From the IMG/VR virus record IMGVR_UViG_3300011339_000406, positions 1 to 50,489 of that record: 50,489 bases of DNA. One strand, 5' to 3'. The translations under genes and the position numbers were made by a program. Under the pieces are notes generated by a model that did no database searches, was not told the origin of the DNA, and saw nothing but the letters and a program-made list of their open reading frames with translations. Below are positions 6,757 to 17,443 of this stretch, one piece after another; position 1 is the first letter of the stretch, and every line of letters starts with the position of its first letter. Source of the DNA: a virus (Duplodnaviria > Caudoviricetes).

Positions 6757-8835
6757 ATGGCGCTCGTAATTGCGGATAGAGTCAGAGAGACCTCCACTAC
6801 AACCGGTACAGGTGACATTGTTTTGGGTGGCGCACCTGCTGGTTTTATATCGTTCTCTAGTGTTATGGCTAACACGGATACCACCTACTACGGCATCGTG
6901 GGCGGTAACTCTTGGGAAGTCGGTGTAGGGACGTACTCTTCTGTAACCAATTCGCTATCCCGTACGGTAGTCCTTGCGTCGTCCAATGGTGGGTCTCTTG
7001 TCAGCTTTGGTTCCGGCACTAAGAACGTGTTCCTTACCCAGCCTTCAGAACGTGCTGTCTACGTAAACGGTAACACTGTGGTTGCTGCAAACGGGGCCAC
7101 TGTACCCAACTCATTGCTTGCTAACAGCAGCATCACTATCAACGGCGTAACCATCCCTCTTGGTGGTTCTTCTACGACTGTTCCCCCGGCCTACCCACTA
7201 GTAGGCGCTACGCTTATTGACAGCCTTACACAAGGTACGGTGGTTACGGGCAATTCGGCATTTGATGCGTTGAGTGTTACTCAAAGTGGTTCTGGCGACG
7301 CGCTTGTTGTTACTCAGGCTGGGTCAGGCAATGCCCTAGTAGTCGAGGACACTTCAAGTCCTGACGGTTCTCCTTTTGTAATCACTGCAAACGGCAGCGT
7401 GGTAGCGGGGTATACAAGCACTATCAACGCAGGTGGAGCGGTCAACCCTAAACTTGAAGTGTTGGGCACAACGGCATCCCTAAGCACAATTGCAGTAGGG
7501 CGTTGGAGCGCGGATACAAGCCCATCTAGTCTGTACGCAATCAAGTCTCGCGCAGCTACGATTGGTGAAGCCTCCACCATTGTGCAATCCGGTGACCAGA
7601 TTGGTCAGGTAGTCTTTACCGCAGACGACGGGGTTACGTTCATTCAAGCGGCGACCATCGTTGCAGAGGTTGATGGCACTCCCGGCGCGTCCGATATGCC
7701 CGGGCGTTTGGTGTTCAAGACTACCCCTGACGGCTCTGCTACCCCCACTACGGCGCTCACCATCAACAACGCACAGCAGATTGGCGTAGGCCCTGCGCCT
7801 GTAACCAGTAAGGGTACGTTTCAAGTTGGCACGATAGGTTACACCGACACCGGCATTGTGGTTGCTGCGGCTTCCAGTGTGGCTGGCTACAACCAGATGG
7901 TTTTGCAGAACACGAGTAATAACGCCGCTGCGTCTACAAACCTGAACATCTCTAACGATGCTGCTACTTCGACTACCAACTTTGGCGAGTTTGGTATCAA
8001 CTCCTCTACCTTTACTGGTACGGGTTCGTTCAGCCAAGCGGGCTACACATACCTTGCTTCAGCATCTACAGACTTAGTAATTGGTACGTACGCATCAAAA
8101 TCCATTCGTTTTGTAATCAACAACGGGGCAACGGATGCGGCAATTATTGACACCGCTGGTAACGTCGGAATTGGTATTGCTCCCACTGCATACCTAACCC
8201 TCAAGGCCGGTACAGCAACTGCTAGCACTGCGCCATTGAAGTTCACCGCTGGAACCAATTTGACCAGCCCTGAAGCAGGCGCGTTTGAGTTTGATGGCAA
8301 TGCGTTCTACTCTACCGATGACGTTACTGGCGGGCGTGGGTACATTCCATCTGTTCACTACTTCCGTTTAACTTCCGATATCACAGCGTTTGGCCCCGCT
8401 ATCGCCAACTACTTTGGCACTACCTCTGGCGTTCCCCTTGACAACAATATCTTCTACGAGTTGGAAGCCAATTTGTTTTTCACCAAGACCACAGCAGGTA
8501 CGGTTACGTTCACGATGACGTTTACCAATGCCCCAGTGAATAACAACGCTTGGTATGTTGGAACACCTGTTGGCGGCATTGGAACTGTGGGCACGCCCCA
8601 GACAGCAGCTATTGCAAAGTCTACGGCAACTGCTGGCGCATTACCTGTCACCGGCTCTTTGACCACGGCAGTGAACCACCAATACCAGCTTTGCGCTATG
8701 TTTCAGACTAACGCGACCACGGGTGGTACGCTTAACATTCAAATTACTAGCAGTGCCGGTACTGTTACCCCACTGACTGGTAGCTACTACAAAATTACTC
8801 GACTCCCGTCTGCTAACTCGGGTGCGTTTGCCTAA
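6757..8835 (+). CDS. Tail fibre protein
   Basis: MALVIADRVRETSTTTGTG...WEVGVGTY...LSRTVVLASSN anchor domain; DMPGRLVFKTTPDG and GNVGIG fibre motifs. Confidence 0.8.
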   Translation: MALVIADRVRETSTTTGTGDIVLGGAPAGFISFSSVMANTDTTYYGIVGGNSWEVGVGTYSSVTNSLSRTVVLASSNGGSLVSFGSGTKNVFLTQPSERAVYVNGNTVVAANGATVPNSLLANSSITINGVTIPLGGSSTTVPPAYPLVGATLIDSLTQGTVVTGNSAFDALSVTQSGSGDALVVTQAGSGNALVVEDTSSPDGSPFVITANGSVVAGYTSTINAGGAVNPKLEVLGTTASLSTIAVGRWSADTSPSSLYAIKSRAATIGEASTIVQSGDQIGQVVFTADDGVTFIQAATIVAEVDGTPGASDMPGRLVFKTTPDGSATPTTALTINNAQQIGVGPAPVTSKGTFQVGTIGYTDTGIVVAAASSVAGYNQMVLQNTSNNAAASTNLNISNDAATSTTNFGEFGINSSTFTGTGSFSQAGYTYLASASTDLVIGTYASKSIRFVINNGATDAAIIDTAGNVGIGIAPTAYLTLKAGTATASTAPLKFTAGTNLTSPEAGAFEFDGNAFYSTDDVTGGRGYIPSVHYFRLTSDITAFGPAIANYFGTTSGVPLDNNIFYELEANLFFTKTTAGTVTFTMTFTNAPVNNNAWYVGTPVGGIGTVGTPQTAAIAKSTATAGALPVTGSLTTAVNHQYQLCAMFQTNATTGGTLNIQITSSAGTVTPLTGSYYKITRLPSANSGAFA

Positions 8836-8846
8836 AGGAATAGAGC

Positions 8847-9422
8847 ATGACTACTGCATATACCTCTCTATTAGGGTTAGCCCTTCCTGTAACAGGAGAA
8901 CTGTCAGGCACTTGGGGCGTTACGGTAAACGACTCCATCACTGGGTTATTGGACTCCGCTATTGCAGGCGCAACTGTATTAAACACCGATGCAGACGTAA
9001 CGCTATCGACTACGGATGCGGTGGCTAACCAAGCTAGGCAGGCTATCCTCTTATGGACAGCAGGGGGCACGGTAACCCGCACCATCATTGCCCCCGCCAA
9101 ATCCAAGGTCTACGTTGTAATTAACAAAACATCCGCTACACAGTCCGTCAAATTGTGTGGGCCGGGCCCAACCACGGGCATTACTGTAGGCGCGGGCAGT
9201 TCAGCAATTTGCGCTTGGAACGGTTCAGATTTTGTAAAAATCTCGGGTAGCGGCGGCGCTACAGGTGGTGGAGCCGACCAGATTTTCTATGAGAACGGTC
9301 AGACGGTGAACACCAACTACACCATTACAACCAACAATAACGCCGGTACATTTGGCCCTGTTTCTGTAGCCACTGGCGTGACGGTGACCGTTCCTACCGG
9401 CTCTGTCTGGTCTATCGTCTAA
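8847..9422 (+). CDS. Tail/structural protein
   Basis: LGLALPVTGELSGTWG start; C-terminal GGATGGG.DQIFYENGQTV...GVTVTVPTGSVWSIV connector motif. Confidence 0.7.
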   Translation: MTTAYTSLLGLALPVTGELSGTWGVTVNDSITGLLDSAIAGATVLNTDADVTLSTTDAVANQARQAILLWTAGGTVTRTIIAPAKSKVYVVINKTSATQSVKLCGPGPTTGITVGAGSSAICAWNGSDFVKISGSGGATGGGADQIFYENGQTVNTNYTITTNNNAGTFGPVSVATGVTVTVPTGSVWSIV

Positions 9423-9431
9423 GGAGCCTAT

Positions 9432-10373
9432 ATGAGTTCAATTGCACTTTCAGGCAATGCAGCGGGTGCTGGTGTATTCACCATAGCCTCGCCCAACAGC
9501 GCCAGCAACTACACCATCACATTGCCCGCCGTTACCGGAGGGAGTTTTATTGCTAGTGACGCAAGCGGCAACGTGGGGATTGGTACTACAAGTCCTGTTT
9601 CTTTACTACAAGTTGGAAGTACTGCAACTAGCGATACAACATTAACTGTTGCCTCAGCAAACAACACAGCAGCACAAATAAACCTACTTGGTGACTTAGA
9701 TTACACCTACGGCACAAATCTAAAATACGAAGGTAATGGAAACTACTTTGCGATAAGCTTGACTAATGCTGGTGCACTTACAGAACGGATGCGTATTGAC
9801 TCCACCGGCAACTTGCTGGTGGGCATTACAAGTAATAACGCTTCAACACCTATAGCCTATTTTAATTCAACTGGTGCTTCTGCCGATGGTATTTGGGTGG
9901 CTAACACTAATACTGCTGCAGCCACGGCAGTGCTTTGGAACAAAGCCACTTCTGGTAATAATGTTTTCCAAACTTTCTGTACAGAAGGAACTATAACTAC
10001 AAGAGGTAGCATTTCTTATAATCGTTCTGGTGGTTTAACCGCTTACAACACAACCTCTGACTATCGTGCAAAAACTGTTAAGGGTCCAGTTGAAAATGCA
10101 TTGGCAAAAGTAGCTTTGTTAAAGCCGTCAACTGGTCGGATGAATGATGCAAGCATTGACATTGAATTTTTTGTAGCACATGAGCTTCAAGAAATTGTGC
10201 CATCCGCAGTAACGGGCGAAAAAGATGCGGTAAATGAAGATGGTTCACCAGCATATCAAATGGTTGACAAATCGGCGATTATTCCATTGCTTGCCGCCGC
10301 CATTCAAGAGCAGCAAGCCCTCATTACTTCCCTGACCGCCCGTGTTGCGGCACTTGAAGGAGCAACACCATGA
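9432..10373 (+). CDS. Tail fibre with C-terminal peptidase S74 intramolecular chaperone
   Basis: GNVGIGTTSP and ERMRIDSTGNLLVG repeats; TSDYRAK autocleavage site; AHELQEIVPSAVTG; terminal coiled coil. Confidence 0.85.
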   Translation: MSSIALSGNAAGAGVFTIASPNSASNYTITLPAVTGGSFIASDASGNVGIGTTSPVSLLQVGSTATSDTTLTVASANNTAAQINLLGDLDYTYGTNLKYEGNGNYFAISLTNAGALTERMRIDSTGNLLVGITSNNASTPIAYFNSTGASADGIWVANTNTAAATAVLWNKATSGNNVFQTFCTEGTITTRGSISYNRSGGLTAYNTTSDYRAKTVKGPVENALAKVALLKPSTGRMNDASIDIEFFVAHELQEIVPSAVTGEKDAVNEDGSPAYQMVDKSAIIPLLAAAIQEQQALITSLTARVAALEGATP

Positions 10374-11218
10374 CCGCAAAAATTGACGGTACAAACGGGC
10401 TGCTTCAGTCCTACGACTACCAAGTCCCCGTCACAGGGTTTACGTACACGTTTGCTGCTGGTACTCAGGTGCTGGTGATGAACCCTGCTGGCACACTGGC
10501 TACTGGCACTATCACGATGCCCGCTTTGCCAGCGGATGGCATGACGATTACGTTTAGCAGCAGCCAGCAAATTACGGCGCTCACAATGGCGGGTAATGGC
10601 GCAACCGTAAGCAATGGAATAACCGCTTTGGCTGCTGGGCAGGCTATGGCGTACATCTATCGTGCTGCTTCTACAACGTGGTTTCCGTATGTAGCGGTGC
10701 CTTATGTAGCCCCGTCCCCGGGTTCACAGTTGGTCAGCGGCACTGCGGTCACCCTGACCACGCAGACCAACGTGGATTTCACCGGTATTCCATCTTGGGT
10801 AAAGCGTGTTACGGTGATGTTTAACGCAGTGTCGCTCAGTTCAACAACCCCCGACTTCTATATCCAATTAGGGTATGGCGCGACCCCTACTTTTGAAACT
10901 ACAGGGTACACAGAAAATTCCGCGCAAATTAATAGCGCAGGCACTGCTGCGTTCAACGGCAATCTATCTACAGCATTTTTCTTTCAGCGAGCTTTAGCGG
11001 CAATTACCGACACGTTCTCTGGCATTATCGTATTGACCAACGTATCGGGAAATATATGGGCCCAATCTGGAAACATCACTAGGAACGGTAATAACCTAGT
11101 AACCATGTCTGCGGGCGTAAAAACCATTTCTGGCGGCGCACTGTCAGCAGTTCGGGTGCTACACAGCGGGACAACGGAAACCTTCGACGCTGGCTCCATC
11201 AACATTCTTTACGAGTAA
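10370..11218 (+). CDS. Tail fibre-associated protein
   Basis: T/A/G-rich; VDFTGIPSWVKRVTVMF...TFDAGSINILYE domain. Confidence 0.7.
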   Translation: MTAKIDGTNGLLQSYDYQVPVTGFTYTFAAGTQVLVMNPAGTLATGTITMPALPADGMTITFSSSQQITALTMAGNGATVSNGITALAAGQAMAYIYRAASTTWFPYVAVPYVAPSPGSQLVSGTAVTLTTQTNVDFTGIPSWVKRVTVMFNAVSLSSTTPDFYIQLGYGATPTFETTGYTENSAQINSAGTAAFNGNLSTAFFFQRALAAITDTFSGIIVLTNVSGNIWAQSGNITRNGNNLVTMSAGVKTISGGALSAVRVLHSGTTETFDAGSINILYE

Positions 11219-11224
11219 ACCACT

Positions 11225-11596
11225 ATGACAACCACAATCAGCGGAAGCACTGGTGCTGCGGCACCGGGATTGCAATTGAGCGGCGCATACATTGAGGGTG
11301 TTGTAGGCATTGGCAACTCAGGCACGGCAAAGACCATTTCTCTGGCTTCTGGCACTTTTCAGACGGTGACCATGACGGGAAACTGTGTATTTACAATGCC
11401 CGCAACCACAGCAGGGCAATCGTTCATCCTAATCGTTAGCTCAGGAGCAGGTGGATTTACAGGCACGTTTACCAACGTGAAATGGCCTGCTAACACTGCG
11501 CCTGTTTTGACTTCGTCTGCTAACAATTGGGATATCCTGACGTTCGTAAGTAACGGCACTTACTGGTACGGTAACTACGCACAGGCTTATCAATAA
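11225..11596 (+). CDS. Tail fibre-associated protein
   Basis: QTVTMTGNCVFTMP...VKWP...DILTFVSNGTYWYG beta-sandwich pattern. Confidence 0.7.
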   Translation: MTTTISGSTGAAAPGLQLSGAYIEGVVGIGNSGTAKTISLASGTFQTVTMTGNCVFTMPATTAGQSFILIVSSGAGGFTGTFTNVKWPANTAPVLTSSANNWDILTFVSNGTYWYGNYAQAYQ

Positions 11597-14037
11597 TGTT
11601 TGCAGCTAAAAACGCATTTATTGGTAAGGGTAGCACCGGGTACAACATTGCCCGTTCTGTGCGGTTTCGTGGTAGCGCATCAGCTTATTTGAACAAGACG
11701 TTTGCTAGTGCCGGAAACCAGCAAAAATTTACAATGTCGTTTTGGTTTAAGCGCAGCTCTTTGGGTGGGTTGGCGCTTAATGTGTCTGGCTGGTCTGGTA
11801 GTGGCGCTACCCAAGGTGGCGGGTTTGTTTACTTTAGTAATGACCAATTGATAATTAACCAGCAAACAAACAACGCCAACGATTGGGGCTTGCAAACAAA
11901 CCAAGTATTTCGTGACCCATCCGCTTGGTATCATTTGGTTATTGCTGTTGATACAACGCAAGCAACAGCGGCGAATCGTGTGCTGGTGTATGTAAATGGT
12001 GTGCAGGTAACTTCTTTTTCTTCTGCTACTTATCCAACAATAAATCTCAACACCAAATTCAACGCAACAAATCAACGTATTGCGTCGTCGGATAACGGTG
12101 GGGCGGTCTATACCACGTTTGATGGGTATATGGCTGAGTACAATTTCATCAATGCCCAAGCCCTGACCCCCTCCAGCTTTGGCGCGTACAACATCTATGG
12201 TGTGTGGCAACCTAAGCAGTACACGGGCACATACGGCACTAACGGGTTCTACCTCAAGTTTGCTGACAACAGCACGGCGGCGGCGCTTGGCACTGACTCT
12301 AGCGGCAATGGCAACACCTGGACGGTGAACAACATCAGCGTAACCGCTGGCACTACCTACGATTCCATGACGGATGTGCCAACGCTGACAAGCGCGACAG
12401 CGGCGAACTACTGTGTGATGAACCCATTGTCAAATATTGGCACTGGAAATTTGTATACGTTTTCCAATGGGAATTTAAGCACCACTGTTAATGTGTCTAC
12501 TGGCGGCAGGGGTATTGTTTCTACTTACGGAATGACTTCTGGGGCAGGAATTAAATACTATGTTGAAATTAACGTAACGTCTTTTGGCGCTTCAAATAAT
12601 TCAGATTATGGAATATTGAACACGTCTACTACAGTAATGACAACGGGTAGTTTTGTTGAAGCTGGATGCATTGGTGCTTACCTATCCAACGGATATGCAA
12701 TGAGCGCAACTGGCAAAGTAATGAACAATGGGTCTACGCTTGCGTCTGGACTTGCTACGTTTGTTGATGGAGATATTGTTCAAATTGCTTACGATGGAAC
12801 AAATATTTATTTTGGCAGGAATGGCACTTGGTTAAATTCTGCTGTTCCAGCATCTGGTACAGGTGGCTTTAGTGTTGCGGCAGGAACATACGGTATCGCA
12901 ATGGGTGCTAGTGCAAACACAACAAAAACATCTACTGCAAATTTTAACTTCGGTCAACGCCCGTTCACCTACACCGCGCCCACTGGCTTTGTTGCGCTGA
13001 ACACCTACAACCTGTCCACGCCTACGATTGCCAACGGTGCAGCGTACATGGCGGCTACGCTGTACACGGGTACGTTGTTAAGCAATACCATCTCTAATGC
13101 AGTAAATAGCGTAAGTTTTCAGCCTGATTTTGTGTGGATTAAGTCACGGTCTGCTGCAACTGACAACAAGCTAACAGACGTTGTGCGCGGTGTAACTAAG
13201 GCGCTTATATCCAATACCACGGGCGCAGAAACAACCGATACGTTTGGTTTGACTGCGTTTAACAGTAACGGATTTACGGTAAGCACAGACACCACTTACA
13301 ACAACAGCGCAGCTACCTATGTCGCATGGCAATGGAAAGCCAACGGCACAGGCGTATCCAACACCGATGGCTCTATTACCAGCACGGTGAGCGCAGGGGC
13401 TACGCAAGGGTTTGCTGTGGTGACCTACACGGGTACAGGCGCGGCTGCAACTGTGGGACATGGGTTGGGCAATGTACCAAGCATGATTATTGTGAAAAAA
13501 CGCAGCGGCCTTGGCACTACTTGGGCTGTTTACAACGTAAACATTGGCGCGGCAAACTCGGTGTCGTTGAATTCTACAGCGGCATCCTCTGCCCAAAACT
13601 ATTGGAACAGCACAACCCCTACCTCATCTGTTTGGTCTATGACAGGCAACGCTGAAGTAAATGGTTCCGCTGAAACCTACGTTGCTTACTGCTTTGCCCC
13701 AATAGCAGGGTTTAGCGCATTTGGCAGCTACACGGGTAATGGCTCTACCGATGGGCCGTTTGTGTATCTTGGGTTCAAGCCTCGCTGGATAATGCTGAAG
13801 AAAACAAACGCAATAGGCAACTGGTCAATCATTGACACCTCTCGGCAAAACTACAACGTGGAAGGCCCGTACTTGAATCCGAATTTGTCGGATGCGGAAA
13901 CCACGGGTAGCACTATCTACGATATGTTGTCAAACGGATTTAAGCTGCGGGCAACCACTGGTGTAAACGATAGTGGTGCAACCTTTATCTACGCCGCTTT
14001 TGCCGAAAACCCATTCAAATATGCTTTGGCAAGGTAG
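11596..14037 (+). CDS. Concanavalin A-like lectin/LamG + SPRY domain tail (receptor-binding) protein
   Basis: RSVRF, FRDPSAWYHLVIAVDTTQ, GTYGTNGFYLKF, NFGQRPF, FQPDFVWIKSRS and YAAFAENPFK motifs. Confidence 0.8.
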   Translation: MFAAKNAFIGKGSTGYNIARSVRFRGSASAYLNKTFASAGNQQKFTMSFWFKRSSLGGLALNVSGWSGSGATQGGGFVYFSNDQLIINQQTNNANDWGLQTNQVFRDPSAWYHLVIAVDTTQATAANRVLVYVNGVQVTSFSSATYPTINLNTKFNATNQRIASSDNGGAVYTTFDGYMAEYNFINAQALTPSSFGAYNIYGVWQPKQYTGTYGTNGFYLKFADNSTAAALGTDSSGNGNTWTVNNISVTAGTTYDSMTDVPTLTSATAANYCVMNPLSNIGTGNLYTFSNGNLSTTVNVSTGGRGIVSTYGMTSGAGIKYYVEINVTSFGASNNSDYGILNTSTTVMTTGSFVEAGCIGAYLSNGYAMSATGKVMNNGSTLASGLATFVDGDIVQIAYDGTNIYFGRNGTWLNSAVPASGTGGFSVAAGTYGIAMGASANTTKTSTANFNFGQRPFTYTAPTGFVALNTYNLSTPTIANGAAYMAATLYTGTLLSNTISNAVNSVSFQPDFVWIKSRSAATDNKLTDVVRGVTKALISNTTGAETTDTFGLTAFNSNGFTVSTDTTYNNSAATYVAWQWKANGTGVSNTDGSITSTVSAGATQGFAVVTYTGTGAAATVGHGLGNVPSMIIVKKRSGLGTTWAVYNVNIGAANSVSLNSTAASSAQNYWNSTTPTSSVWSMTGNAEVNGSAETYVAYCFAPIAGFSAFGSYTGNGSTDGPFVYLGFKPRWIMLKKTNAIGNWSIIDTSRQNYNVEGPYLNPNLSDAETTGSTIYDMLSNGFKLRATTGVNDSGATFIYAAFAENPFKYALAR

Positions 14038-14044
14038 ACTGTAA

Positions 14045-14515
14045 ATGATAGACCCCTTTACCGCATTTGCAGCCGCTCAGGCAGCGGTCAAAGGAATTCA
14101 AGCTGCTATAAAATTAGGCAAGGACATCAACGGTATTGCGTCAGACCTTGGAAAGTTTTTTGAAGCCAAAGACATTGTTCAACAGGCCGCGAACAACCCC
14201 AAGAAGTTTAAATCGGATACCGCACAGGCGCTAGAGACGGTGATGCAGGCAAAGCAGCTTGCCGAGGCTGAGATTGATTTAAAGAACACGTTGATATGGT
14301 CGGGCAATGCAGATGTGTGGGAAGGTGTGCTGCTGGAGCGCAACAACATCATCCAGCGACGCAAGAAGGCAGAGATGGAAGCGGCAATGGCTAAAGCCAA
14401 GAAGCGCCAGCAGATAATGGAAGCGGTCAGCATGACGTTTTGGATTTCAATATTCTTATCTGCAATTGGCCTGAGCTACTTTTTTACAACCCTCTTTCTG
14501 GAGAGACGTACATGA
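14045..14515 (+). CDS. Helical protein with C-terminal TM segment (lysis-adjacent)
   Basis: MIDPFTAFAAAQAAVKGI start; hydrophobic C-terminus; ATGA overlap with the holin. Confidence 0.7.
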   Translation: MIDPFTAFAAAQAAVKGIQAAIKLGKDINGIASDLGKFFEAKDIVQQAANNPKKFKSDTAQALETVMQAKQLAEAEIDLKNTLIWSGNADVWEGVLLERNNIIQRRKKAEMEAAMAKAKKRQQIMEAVSMTFWISIFLSAIGLSYFFTTLFLERRT

Positions 14516-15024
14516 TTCCAATACTTGGTGCCCTGCTGGGCACGTTGGCAGAAAACGGGCTGGGGCTGCTGTCCTCTGCTATTCAGGCCAAGGGCAAAGA
14601 AGTCGTAGAGAACACTTTGGGCGTAAAAATTCCTGACAACCCCACGCCAGAAGATGTCGCCAAGCTGCGGCAGCTTCAATACGACCATGAAGAACGGTTG
14701 CTTGAGCTAGGCATTGAAAAAGCCAAGATGGAGTTGGCTGAACTGGAATTGCTTGCCAAGGCCGCTCAGAGCGATGCCGACAACGTCACAGACCGGTGGA
14801 AATCAGATATGTCATCGGACTCTTGGCTGTCCAAGAATATCCGGCCCATCAGCTTGATTGCCATTTTTGTAGGCTACTTTTTGTTCACCATGATGTCGGC
14901 CTTTGGATACAGCCCGCAAGAGAGTTTCGTAAGCCTCTTGGGGACATGGGGGCAGATAGTGTTCTTGGCCTATTTTGGCGGCAGGACTGTGGAAAAGCTG
15001 GCTGAAATGAGGAGCGCAAAATGA
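14512..15024 (+). CDS. Holin (3TM, GTA-type holin-like)
   Basis: ATG at 14512 with SD GGAG; RWKSDMSSDSWLSKNIRP, two TM segments and AYFGGRTVEK; upstream of the endolysin. Confidence 0.8.
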   Translation: MIPILGALLGTLAENGLGLLSSAIQAKGKEVVENTLGVKIPDNPTPEDVAKLRQLQYDHEERLLELGIEKAKMELAELELLAKAAQSDADNVTDRWKSDMSSDSWLSKNIRPISLIAIFVGYFLFTMMSAFGYSPQESFVSLLGTWGQIVFLAYFGGRTVEKLAEMRSAK

Positions 15025-15359
15025 GCCTAAGCACTGAACAAGCCGCATTCCTGCTGGATTTCTGTAAGCTGGTGCAGTACGCCACCGACCAAGGTTTTAT
15101 GGTTACCGGCGGGGAACTTGCCCGCACCCCCGAACAGCAGGCCATTTACTTCAAGACGGGCCGTAGCAAGACCATGAACTCCATCCACCTGAAGCGTTGT
15201 GCTGCCGACCTCAACTTCTTCCGTGATGGCAAAATCATCTGGGACAAGGCCATGCTGGCGCCCATTGGCGCGTATTGGGAAAGCCTGTACCCTAAAAATC
15301 GTTGGGGCGGAAATTTCAAGTCGCTGGTAGACTGCCCGCACTTTGAACGCAATGTGTAA
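15021..15359 (+). CDS. Endolysin, peptidase M15 family
   Basis: RTPEQQ, SIH-x6-D (SIHLKRCAAD), WGG and DCPHFE zinc-peptidase motifs. Confidence 0.9.
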   Translation: MSLSTEQAAFLLDFCKLVQYATDQGFMVTGGELARTPEQQAIYFKTGRSKTMNSIHLKRCAADLNFFRDGKIIWDKAMLAPIGAYWESLYPKNRWGGNFKSLVDCPHFERNV

Positions 15360-15368
15360 CCACCTGCC

Positions 15369-17441
15369 ATGCCATTACAAAAAGTTCTTCTCAAGCCCGG
15401 TGTAAACAGGGAAAACACCCGCTACACCAACGAGGGCGGTTGGTACGAGTCGGAGAAGATTCGCTTCCGCCAAGGCACGCCCGAGAAAATTGGTGGTTGG
15501 GCGCGTATATCGGCTGCTACGTTCCTTGGAGTGTGCCGGTCTTTATGGAATTGGGTGACGTTGGGCTCACAGAACCTGCTTGGCGTGGGTACTAACCTCA
15601 AGTTCTACATTGAAAACGGTGGCATCTATTACGACGTTACCCCCATTCGTGCCCAGTACACGCTGACCAACCCGTTTGCAACAAACGGCACTACTACGGT
15701 CACAGTCACTCACTCAGGCGGTGGGTTTGCGAACAATGCGTTTGTGACGTTCTATGGCGGCACAGCCGTTGGCGGGCAGACTATTACCGGTGAGTACCGA
15801 ATAACGCTCGTAGACCAAAATACCTACACAATCACTATTGCTACTGCGGCTACTACGGCTACTGGCGGTGGGACAGTCTATGCTGTGTACCAAGTAAACC
15901 CCGGCCCCGAGTACGCAGTTCCGTTGACTGGGTGGGGCGCTGGCGCATGGGGGGCTGGTACGTGGGGCATTGGCGCTACTTCTAGCGATTCGCTACGGCT
16001 TTGGAACCAAATAAATTGGGGGGAAGACCTTGTATACGGCCCTCGTGGTAGTCCACTCTACTATTGGAATGCAAACATTGGCTATCAAAACTCATCAATC
16101 ACTGTAACCATTGCAACTCCATGCGTAGTGACGGCGTCTATCAACCTCCCGGACGCGACCCCTATCACGTTGGCTACTACAGATGCACTGCCTACAGGAC
16201 TACTGCCCGGAGTGGTTTACTACACAAAACAAATTACTTCCACCACGTTCAATCTAGCCCTTACCCCCGGCGGCGCATCCATCAATACATCTGGTACGCA
16301 ATTTGGCGCGCAAAGTATTTCTCCTCGGGGAATTTTGCTGTCTAAGCTAGACGGTGCAGATGCAGACACTCCAAAATTTCAAAATGCAATGACGGTGTCA
16401 GACGCAAGCCGGTTTTTGCTTGTCTTTGGTACAAATGATTACGGAAGCACTGTCCTTGACCCCCTACTTATTCGTTGGTCTAACCAAGAGTCATTAACTA
16501 CATGGACTCCAGCAATAACCAATCAAGCTGGTAGCGCACGCCTGTCCCACGGTTCGGAAATTGTTACTACCTTGCAAAGCCGCCAAGAAATTTTAGTGTG
16601 GACTGACCAAGCCTTGTACTCATTACAGTACCTTGGCCCTCCCTATGTGTGGGGCACACAACTTCTAGTTGACAACGTGTCAATTGCCAGCCCCAATGCG
16701 GCATCTGTTGCTTCAGGCGTTACCTACTGGATGGGCGTAGACAAGTTTTACAAGTACGATGGTCGAGTTCAGACTTTGCGTTGCGACTTACGTCAGTACA
16801 TTTACGGAAACATCAGTACGACCCAATACGACCAGATTACATCTGGTACAAATGAAGGCTTTAACGAGGTCTGGTGGTTCTATTGCTCAGAAAACAGCAT
16901 AGTCAACGACAGATACGTCATATACAACTACGCAGAAGACCTGTGGTACTACGGTTCTATGGGACGCACAGCTTGGTTGGATTCTGGTTTGCGAACCTAC
17001 CCTCTAGCTGCCACATACAGCAACAACATTGTCAACCATGAATTTGGTGTAGATGACAACCAGACGGGGACTACACAGCCTATTGTGGCCTCCATAACAT
17101 CTTCCCAGTACGACATTGGGGACGGGCATAACTTTGCGTTTGTGTACCGCATGCTGCCTGACCTGACGTTCCGTGGGTCTACGGCGGGTACAACTCCTGC
17201 GGTGACCATGTACTTGCAAGGGCTGACAAACTCTGGTTCGGGGGTTACCCAATCAGGCAACGCAGGGGTCACCTACACTGGGCAAGCCCCATCTATCATC
17301 AACGTAGACCAGTACACCGGGCAGATTTACATTCGTCTCCGGGGTCGCCAGATGCAGATGCAGCTTACGTCCAACACAATCGGTACACAGTGGCAGCTTG
17401 GCGCTCCTCGTATTGACATCCGTCCTGACGGTAGAAGGTAA
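15369..17441 (+). CDS. Tail nozzle/DNA stabilisation protein (P22 gp10/T7 gp12-like)
   Basis: 690 aa, Trp-rich beta-propeller-like (IRWSNQES, EVWWFY, YVIYNY..WY.G...RTAW); ends RIDIRPDGRR; precedes the ejection genes. Confidence 0.65.
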   Translation: MPLQKVLLKPGVNRENTRYTNEGGWYESEKIRFRQGTPEKIGGWARISAATFLGVCRSLWNWVTLGSQNLLGVGTNLKFYIENGGIYYDVTPIRAQYTLTNPFATNGTTTVTVTHSGGGFANNAFVTFYGGTAVGGQTITGEYRITLVDQNTYTITIATAATTATGGGTVYAVYQVNPGPEYAVPLTGWGAGAWGAGTWGIGATSSDSLRLWNQINWGEDLVYGPRGSPLYYWNANIGYQNSSITVTIATPCVVTASINLPDATPITLATTDALPTGLLPGVVYYTKQITSTTFNLALTPGGASINTSGTQFGAQSISPRGILLSKLDGADADTPKFQNAMTVSDASRFLLVFGTNDYGSTVLDPLLIRWSNQESLTTWTPAITNQAGSARLSHGSEIVTTLQSRQEILVWTDQALYSLQYLGPPYVWGTQLLVDNVSIASPNAASVASGVTYWMGVDKFYKYDGRVQTLRCDLRQYIYGNISTTQYDQITSGTNEGFNEVWWFYCSENSIVNDRYVIYNYAEDLWYYGSMGRTAWLDSGLRTYPLAATYSNNIVNHEFGVDDNQTGTTQPIVASITSSQYDIGDGHNFAFVYRMLPDLTFRGSTAGTTPAVTMYLQGLTNSGSGVTQSGNAGVTYTGQAPSIINVDQYTGQIYIRLRGRQMQMQLTSNTIGTQWQLGAPRIDIRPDGRR

Positions 17442-17443
17442 GC

